A stretch of DNA of 24,000 nucleotides. Source: Paenarthrobacter nicotinovorans (GTDB lineage Bacteria > Actinomycetota > Actinomycetes > Actinomycetales > Micrococcaceae). Shown here one piece after another: positions 18,330 through 24,000 of the stretch. The notes beneath the pieces are model-generated. The model did not search any database. It saw nothing but the letters and a program-made list of their open reading frames with translations, and had not been told where the DNA came from. The first letter of the stretch is position 1. Each line of letters opens with the position of its first letter. The position numbers and the translations under genes are program-made. The DNA is taken from assembly GCF_007670255.1 (NCBI RefSeq), contig NZ_SZVS01000001.1:436501-460500 (forward strand). Reading direction: 5' to 3'.

Positions 18330-19031
18330 TTACGCTTCTCCTCTGATCATTCGAATAAAGAGTTCATGCACACGCTTCTCCCCTGTCACTTCCGGATGGA
18401 AGGAGGTGGCCAGCAAATGGCCGGAGCGCACTGCAACAATTCTAGCCACTCCATGCAAAGCCGGCGTGTGGCTGGCGTGGTCGGGATCCACTTGGGCCAG
18501 AACGTCTACGCCCTCACCCACACGCTCGACCCAGGGTCCGCGGATGAACACGGCGTGAACGGGATCCACCCCGTCCTGTCCCGCACTGAAGTCGAGCCCC
18601 TTGAAGTCGAGGTCCGTCTCGAAGGACTCACGCTGGCGGCCGAAGGCATTCCGGCGCACAGTGATATCGAGGCCACCGAAGGTCTGCTGCGGGTTTCCCT
18701 TGAGGTCGGTGGCGGGGTCCGCAATTTCGTTGGCCAGCAGAATCATTCCTGCGCACGAGCCGAATACCGGCAGACCATCCGCGATCCGCTGTTGAATCGG
18801 CTCGCGGACTTCGAAGATCCGGGACAGTTTGTCGATCGTGGTGGATTCGCCACCGGGAATGATCAGGCCGTCGATGTCGTCCAGCTCTGAGGGCCGGCGG
18901 ATTCCCACGCCTGTAGCTCCCGCAGACTCCACGGCGTGGATGTGCTCACGAAAATCGCCTTGGAGTGCCAGTACACCGATCCGGAGGCCTGTACCCACAC
19001 GTGATGAAGCATCGGAAAGGGGGTTGGTCAT
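18330..19031 (-). CDS. pdxT: Pyridoxal 5'-phosphate synthase glutaminase subunit PdxT
   Basis: [22 protein letters not shown], the catalytic Cys in [18 protein letters not shown], and the His/Glu in [11 protein letters not shown]. Confidence 0.95.
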   Translation of the reverse strand: MTNPLSDASSRVGTGLRIGVLALQGDFREHIHAVESAGATGVGIRRPSELDDIDGLIIPGGESTTIDKLSRIFEVREPIQQRIADGLPVFGSCAGMILLANEIADPATDLKGNPQQTFGGLDITVRRNAFGRQRESFETDLDFKGLDFSAGQDGVDPVHAVFIRGPWVERVGEGVDVLAQVDPDHASHTPALHGVARIVAVRSGHLLATSFHPEVTGEKRVHELFIRMIRGEA

Positions 19032-19037
19032 TGGTCC

Positions 19038-19043
19038 ATCATA
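19038..19043 (-). promoter_or_regulatory. Candidate -10 box (TATGAT) 6 nt upstream of the pdxT ATG; leaderless-type geometry
   Basis: The minus strand reads TATGAT-GGACCA-ATG. No SD is present. Confidence 0.35.
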
Positions 19044-19120
19044 GTGGTCCCTGTGCTTTGGGCAGTGTCCCGGAGCAGCCCGGCACCCGCGGCGACCCGG
19101 GTTCCATGCCCCGACTGGGA

Positions 19121-19126
19121 TATATT
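19121..19126 (+). promoter_or_regulatory. Candidate -10 box (TATATT) 7 nt upstream of the murT ATG; leaderless-type geometry
   Basis: The plus strand reads TATATT-ACAGAGC-ATG (ATG at 19134). No SD is present. It is the only AT-rich hexamer in a GC-rich spacer. Confidence 0.35.
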
Positions 19127-19133
19127 ACAGAGC

Positions 19134-20462
19134 ATGCTTTCCTACAGCGTCCCCCTCGGCAAGCTGGTCCGCACACTGTCCCGGCTAAGGGGCGGAGGCT
19201 CAGCGTTCCCCGGCTTGGTGGTCGAGAAAATCGATCCCCGTTTCATGCAGCGAACGCTTGCGTCGTTGCCCCACGGCGTAGCTGTTGTCAGCGGCACCAA
19301 CGGCAAGACCACCACCACGAAAATGGTGGTGGAACTCCTGGAGAGCCAAGGCCTGAAGGTGTTCACCAACCGCACCGGCAGCAACTTCACCCGTGGCGTG
19401 GCAGCTTCCCTGCTGGGCGAGGTCGACTGGCGGGGCCGGCTTGATGCCGACATTGCAGTGCTCGAACTGGATGAAGCGCACGCTGTGCATTTCGTGAACA
19501 AGGTGCCTCCCCGTTTCAGCCTCCTGCTCAATGTCCTCCGGGACCAGCTGGACCGCTTCGGCGAAATCGACAAGACAGCCCGCCTCCTTGAACACATCGC
19601 CTCCAGGACGACGGATACGGTGGTCCTGAACCGCGAGGACCCGCGCGTAGCGCGAATCGCCAGCACCATCAACAGCCTCGACGCCGTTTACCACCCCAAC
19701 GTCCGCTACTTCGGCCTGGACGAATCGCTTCGCAGCACGTTCCCGAACGACGACGAGATGCGGTCCGGAAGCGGCCCCTCACCGTCGGGAACGTCGGTGG
19801 CCGCAGCGCCGGGCGAGGCAGTCGATTTGCCGGATGCCGACGTCGTACTTCGCCGGGTAGGCGCCCAGGACGCCGACTTCGAGTTCGACGGCAAGACCGT
19901 CACCACCACCATGAAGCTCCGTGGGGTCTACAACATCTTCAACGCCGCCGCCGCGTTGTCGCTGACTCGTGCGGTGCTGGGAACCGGCCCCGTTGACACC
20001 CCGAAGCTCGTCAAAGCGTTGGGCAACGTGGCACCGGCCTTCGGACGCGGCGAAAGCCTGACTGTGGACGGCCAACCCCTTGAGCTTGTGCTGGTGAAGA
20101 ACCCCAGTGGTTTCCGGCTTGGCCTGAAGTCCTTCCCGGCCGGCGGCTACGCAACCATGATCGCCATCAACGACAACTACGCCGATGGCCGGGACATGTC
20201 GTGGCTGTGGGACGTCGAATTCGAGTCCCTGCGTGATGGCGGCGTCGAAGTCCTCACCGGTGTCCGCGCTTACGACATGGCCCTGCGCCTCCAGTACGAC
20301 GACGTTCCGTTCGGCACGGTTGAACCGGACATCACAGCAGCCTTGCGTACGTTCATCGACGGTTCACGGGGTAAGCCCAAGCGCATCTTCTGCACCTACA
20401 CATCAATGCTTGCAATTCGCCGCGAACTTGCCAAAATCACCATAGTTGAGGTGGTCTCATGA
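19134..20462 (+). CDS. murT: Lipid II isoglutaminyl synthase subunit MurT (Mur ligase family with the DUF1727 C-terminus)
   Basis: Mur-ligase P-loop VSGTNGKTTTTKM; the NVLRDQLDRFGE motif; and the C-terminal INDNYADGRDMSWLWDVEFE, which is the DNxADGRDxSWxWD motif that supplies Asp to the GatD active site. I chose the ATG at 19134 because MLSYSVPLGKLVRTLSR aligns with the N-terminus of known MurT. The track GTG at 19044 adds 30 unrelated residues. Confidence 0.9.
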   Translation: MLSYSVPLGKLVRTLSRLRGGGSAFPGLVVEKIDPRFMQRTLASLPHGVAVVSGTNGKTTTTKMVVELLESQGLKVFTNRTGSNFTRGVAASLLGEVDWRGRLDADIAVLELDEAHAVHFVNKVPPRFSLLLNVLRDQLDRFGEIDKTARLLEHIASRTTDTVVLNREDPRVARIASTINSLDAVYHPNVRYFGLDESLRSTFPNDDEMRSGSGPSPSGTSVAAAPGEAVDLPDADVVLRRVGAQDADFEFDGKTVTTTMKLRGVYNIFNAAAALSLTRAVLGTGPVDTPKLVKALGNVAPAFGRGESLTVDGQPLELVLVKNPSGFRLGLKSFPAGGYATMIAINDNYADGRDMSWLWDVEFESLRDGGVEVLTGVRAYDMALRLQYDDVPFGTVEPDITAALRTFIDGSRGKPKRIFCTYTSMLAIRRELAKITIVEVVS

Positions 20463-21229
20463 CCTCGGAAACCCAGCCCCGGGCCGCATCCGGCCAGGCT
20501 TCACAGCCCAGCAAGGGCACCATCCGCGTACTCCAGCTGTACCCACGGGAAATGAATATCTATGGCGACTGGGGCAACGCCCTGGTCCTCAAGCAACGCA
20601 TCAAGTGGCACGGCTACACGCCGGAGCTCCTCGAGTACAACGTCGGCGATGAATTCCCGGAGGACGTTGACATCATCGTAGGTGGCGGCGGGCAGGACAG
20701 CGGCCAACTTGTCATCCAGGATGATCTCCAGGCGCGTGCGGAGCAATTGCGGGAGCTCGCCGACGACGGCGCTCCCATGTTGGTGATCTGCGGCCTCTAC
20801 CAACTCTTTGGCAAGTTCTTCAAGACCAGCTCGGGACCCACCATCCCCGGCATCGGCATCCTGGACGTTGAAACCCATGGCACGGACGAACGCCTGATCG
20901 GCAACGTCATCATGAAGTCCGCTGAGTTCGGCGACATCCTGGGCTACGAGAACCACAGCGGCCAAACCACCCTGGGTGCCGGCGTCGAGCCTCTGGGGAC
21001 CGTTACGAAAGGTGCCGGCAACAACAGCAAGGATGGCCACGAGGGCGCCCGGTACAACAACGTTGTTGCCAGCTACCTGCACGGTTCCCTGCTGCCGAAA
21101 AACCCGGCCATCGCGGACTTCCTGATCAGGACGGCAGCCGAACGCAAGTTCGGTACCTTCGTGCCGGGAACGCCCGACGACGACTACGCCCGCCTCGCGC
21201 GCGAACACGCCGCGCGCCGCCCGAGGTAA
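20459..21229 (+). CDS. gatD: Lipid II isoglutaminyl synthase glutaminase subunit GatD (CobQ-type class I amidotransferase)
   Basis: LYPREMNIYGDWGN, GGGQDSGQ, the nucleophile Cys in VICGLYQLFG, and the His in SYLHGSLLPKNP. The ATGA start/stop overlap with murT indicates translational coupling. Confidence 0.9.
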   Translation: MTSETQPRAASGQASQPSKGTIRVLQLYPREMNIYGDWGNALVLKQRIKWHGYTPELLEYNVGDEFPEDVDIIVGGGGQDSGQLVIQDDLQARAEQLRELADDGAPMLVICGLYQLFGKFFKTSSGPTIPGIGILDVETHGTDERLIGNVIMKSAEFGDILGYENHSGQTTLGAGVEPLGTVTKGAGNNSKDGHEGARYNNVVASYLHGSLLPKNPAIADFLIRTAAERKFGTFVPGTPDDDYARLAREHAARRPR

Positions 21230-21232
21230 GCG

Positions 21233-22499
21233 TCACTTTTCCTTCGTGATCAGCAGTTCATGGGCACCGGCATTCGCGGCGCCCATGGACTCAACCACGG
21301 TTTTGGTTCTTTGGCGGGTTTCGGCGTCCGCGGCGGGCGTGGCACATACGCCCTGCGGCGCATCGCTGGCCACTGAACACCACCGATAGGGATCCCGGAC
21401 AATCACTGAGGGCGCCCATGCCAGATCCGAGGCAGTCCAGGTACCGGCCGCATTTTGGCTGAACTGCGCCCTGACCAGCAGTCCTTCATTGTTCACCACG
21501 TACCACGGTGACAACTCTGTGATGCCATTGCCCAGACCGTAGACGATCCACGTGCCTTTATAGTTCTCGATGGGCAGCACTGAGTGGGTGTGGTGCCCGT
21601 AGATCATGGTGAACTGTCCGCTGTCCACGAGTGCGTGGGCTACCTCCTGCTGTTGGGCATTGGGTTCACTGGCGTACTCGTCTCCCGCGTGCATCACTCC
21701 CAGCACGATGTCCGCGCCGAGTGACCTGGCTTGGGTGGCCTTGGCGATCATGGTCGCGGGGTCCAGTTCGTCCACAAGCCATGGATACTCCGGGATCTGG
21801 CCGTTGTGCCCGTAGGTCCCTTCGATGACGGCTACCTTGGCGGCGTCCGTTTGCAGCATCAAAACTTCCTTAGATGCTGCTTCCGTCCGGTAGGAGCCGG
21901 TATGCTTCAAGCCTGCCGCGTCCAGGGCATCCAGGGTTCGCAGCAGCCCCTCGGTGCCACGGTCAATTGTGTGGTTGCTGGCGGTGGTGCAGGCCTGGTA
22001 GCCGAGGTCCTTGGAAGCTGTGACGATTTGTGGCGGTACGTTGAAGGAAGGGTAGGCGAAAAAAGGCCCTTCGGGCGTGGCCACGGGAGTCTCCTGATGG
22101 CAGATGGCGAGGTCGCTGTTCCTGATGTAGCGCCGCTGTCCTTCCAGCAGTGGCACAAAGGTGTAGCCCGGCTGACCGGCGGCAGCGGCGTCGGCCCTTG
22201 CCTGCTGCCACAACTGGGTGTGGACCAGCATGTCGCCGGTCACGGTGATCGAAGTGCATCGGAGTTCCGCGCAGGCGGGTCCCTTCCCCGGGGTCGGGTT
22301 TGGGGGCAGGCGTGCGTGTGGGTGAAGGTGACTCACCCGCCGGAGCCGATGCAGCGGTGCTTGGTCTGGGATCGTTGTTCTCGGCGATGACGCCGCAGGC
22401 ACCCAACGCCATGGCGAGGACCAGGGCGAGTGTCGGCAGGGCTGCCCGGCGTGAGCGCTGCCATCCGGTACCAGATGTGATTTTCCCCATGCTTTTCAT
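21233..22499 (-). pseudogene. CapA-family (PGA_cap metallophosphatase-like) lipoprotein gene with an apparent +1 frameshift near its 5' end
   Basis: The frame from ATG 22499 encodes MKSMGKITSGTGWQRSRRAALPTLALVLAMALGAC (signal peptide plus lipobox LGAC) and a Ser/Pro/Thr linker. The CapA domain lies in the next frame: ITVTGDMLVH..., NHTIDRG, VLGVMHAGDEY, MIYGHHTHSV. That frame has no hydrophobic N-terminus. The total length of 1267 nt is not divisible by 3. Confidence 0.7.
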
Positions 22500-22571
22500 C
22501 CTACGGTGAACACGAGCCGAACCAGGCGCGCCACCCTTGAGGACACGATCCCTACGTGAAAGAGTCACTTC

Positions 22572-24000
22572 ATGACCAACCCCCTGCTTAGCCCCAGTCC
22601 CCTGCCGTACGGACTCCCACCGTTTGCCGGCATATCAGCTGTTCACTACGCCGAGGCAGTCAACGCCGGACTGGCAGAGCATCTGGAGGAAATCAACGTC
22701 ATCGTGGCCAACCCGGACCCCGCAACGTTCGAGAACACCGCCGTAGCCATGGAACGTTCAGGCCTGCTCCTGAACAGGGCAGCAGCCGCCTTCTTCACAA
22801 TGGTTTCGGCCCACGCGGACGACGACATCAGAGCGCTCGAGACCGAGCTGTCCCCGAAATTCGCGGCCCATCAGGATGCCGTGTTCATGAACCGGGGCCT
22901 GTATGAACGCTTCTCAGCGATCGACGTGGCGGCCCTGAATGCCGAATCAGCCCGGCTGGTGGAGGAACACCTCAAGGAGTTCCGCCAATCGGGTATCCAA
23001 CTCGACGATGCCGGGCAGGACCGCCTGCGTCAGGTTAACGCTGAGCTCTCACGGTTGGGAACCGACTTTGGCCAACGGGTCAAAGAGGCCATGAAATCTT
23101 CAGCGCTGCTTCTTGAGGATCTGGAAGACCTCGCCGGCCTGCCGGAGGAGGACATCGCCGGCGCCGCCGAAGCAGCCAGCTCTGCGGGCCACGCCGGCAA
23201 ATACCTGCTCACCCTGATTCAGCCCAGTAACCAGCCTGCCCTCGCCGTCCTCGAAAATCCGGGCATCCGGCGTCGTTTGTACGAAGCCTCCCTCGCTCGG
23301 GGCACCGATGGTGGACCGTTGGACGTCCGTGATCTGGTGTTGGCCACTGTCCGTTTAAGGGCAGAAAAGGCCAAGTTGCTGGGCTTTGCGAACTTTGCCG
23401 AGCTGGTGGTGGATCAGCAGACCGCGCCTGGTTTTGACGACGTCCACGCCATGCTGCAGCGGTTGGCACCAGCCGCCGTCCGCAACGCCGGGGCCGAGGC
23501 TGAGGCGCTGGCCGAGGCAGCGGGCAGGAAACTGGACCCGTGGGACTGGCCGTACTACTCGGCCCGGGTCCGCAAGGACAAATTCGAAGTGGACGAACAA
23601 GCCCTGCGTCCCTACTTTTCCTTGGACAGGGTGCTCCACGACGGCGTCTTCCATGCCGCGACCCAGCTCTACGGGATCACGTTCCATGAACGTATGGACC
23701 TGGACGGTTATCACCCCGATGTCCGGGTGTGGGAAGTCCGCGACGAGGACGGGAAGGGACTGGGCCTCTTCCTTGGCGACTATTACACCAGGGCGACCAA
23801 ACGTGGTGGCGCGTGGATGAACTCGCTCGTGGAGCAGTCCACTCTTCTTGGTACGCAACCGGTGGTCATCAACAACCTGAACATCACCAAGCCGGCGCCC
23901 GGCGAGCCCACGCTCCTGACCCTCGATGAAGTCAGGACGGTGTTCCATGAATTCGGCCACGCCCTGCATGGCCTGTTTTCACAAGTCACCTACCCGCGGT
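22572..24000 (+). CDS. dcp: M3 family metallopeptidase, peptidyl-dipeptidase Dcp-like; 3' end runs off the right edge
   Basis: The frame is open from ATG 22572 to the window edge, so it is absent from the track. My translation gives MTNPLLSPSPLPYGLPPFAGISAVHYAEAV..., YYSARVRKDKFEVDEQALRPYFSLDRV, KRGGAWMN, and the zinc site TVFHEFGHALHG (HEFGH at 23946-23960, in frame). Confidence 0.9.
   Translation, partial: MTNPLLSPSPLPYGLPPFAGISAVHYAEAVNAGLAEHLEEINVIVANPDPATFENTAVAMERSGLLLNRAAAAFFTMVSAHADDDIRALETELSPKFAAHQDAVFMNRGLYERFSAIDVAALNAESARLVEEHLKEFRQSGIQLDDAGQDRLRQVNAELSRLGTDFGQRVKEAMKSSALLLEDLEDLAGLPEEDIAGAAEAASSAGHAGKYLLTLIQPSNQPALAVLENPGIRRRLYEASLARGTDGGPLDVRDLVLATVRLRAEKAKLLGFANFAELVVDQQTAPGFDDVHAMLQRLAPAAVRNAGAEAEALAEAAGRKLDPWDWPYYSARVRKDKFEVDEQALRPYFSLDRVLHDGVFHAATQLYGITFHERMDLDGYHPDVRVWEVRDEDGKGLGLFLGDYYTRATKRGGAWMNSLVEQSTLLGTQPVVINNLNITKPAPGEPTLLTLDEVRTVFHEFGHALHGLFSQVTYPR

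Noticed and set aside
19044-19133. An N-terminal extension of the MurT ORF from GTG 19044
   Set aside because: The extra 30 residues are unrelated to known MurT N-termini. The extension would begin 13 nt from the divergent pdxT start and would read through the candidate -10 box.
19134-22499. The idea that murT-gatD plus the adjacent capA-like gene form a novel envelope-modification system
   Set aside because: MurT/GatD is a well-characterised two-gene peptidoglycan amidation enzyme. The capA-like gene is convergent, not co-transcribed, and no capB or capC partners are present. Adjacency alone does not support a functional link.
1-24000. A scan for tRNA, rRNA, CRISPR repeats, IS inverted repeats or transposases, integrases and tandem repeats
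   Set aside because: I saw no GGTTCGAATCC-type T-arm outside coding sequence, and no periodic direct repeats. There are no transposase, integrase or recombinase ORFs and no compositional island. All five strong hairpins have unrelated sequences, so they are not a REP-like family.

Overview
This window looks like a conserved core-genome segment of a high-GC actinobacterium. The gene order and protein sequences look Micrococcaceae/Arthrobacter-like, but that is inference and was not searched. I support 21 protein-coding genes plus a few hairpins. In coordinate order they are: rarA (partial), a small Vms1/eRF1-like ORF, a GNAT acetyltransferase, aspS, hisS, a membrane-anchored cyclophilin, a DUF349 protein, an orphan AbiEi-like protein, relA/rel, secF, secD, yajC, ruvB, ruvA, ruvC, yebC, pdxT, murT-gatD (lipid II isoglutaminyl synthase), a frameshifted CapA-family lipoprotein gene, and an M3 peptidase (dcp-like, partial). 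I found no rRNA, tRNA, CRISPR array, IS element or large repeat. The long ORFs antisense to aspS, hisS, relA and ruvA/ruvC are high-GC shadow ORFs. I do not see a convincing new multi-gene system; most of the window is textbook housekeeping synteny. The items most worth a second look are listed here.

- A release-factor-like ORF next to rarA appears to lack its catalytic Gln loop.
- The CapA-family gene has its lipoprotein signal peptide and its catalytic domain in different reading frames.
- An AbiEi-like antitoxin-type ORF sits without a toxin partner between DUF349 and relA.
- MurT has no cysteines available for the Cys4 zinc ribbon known from Firmicutes.
- Several genes have a leaderless-type promoter geometry.
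- Candidate operator-like palindromes occur in two intergenic regions.

All functional calls rest on motif recognition by eye and on recalled family knowledge. No database search was run.
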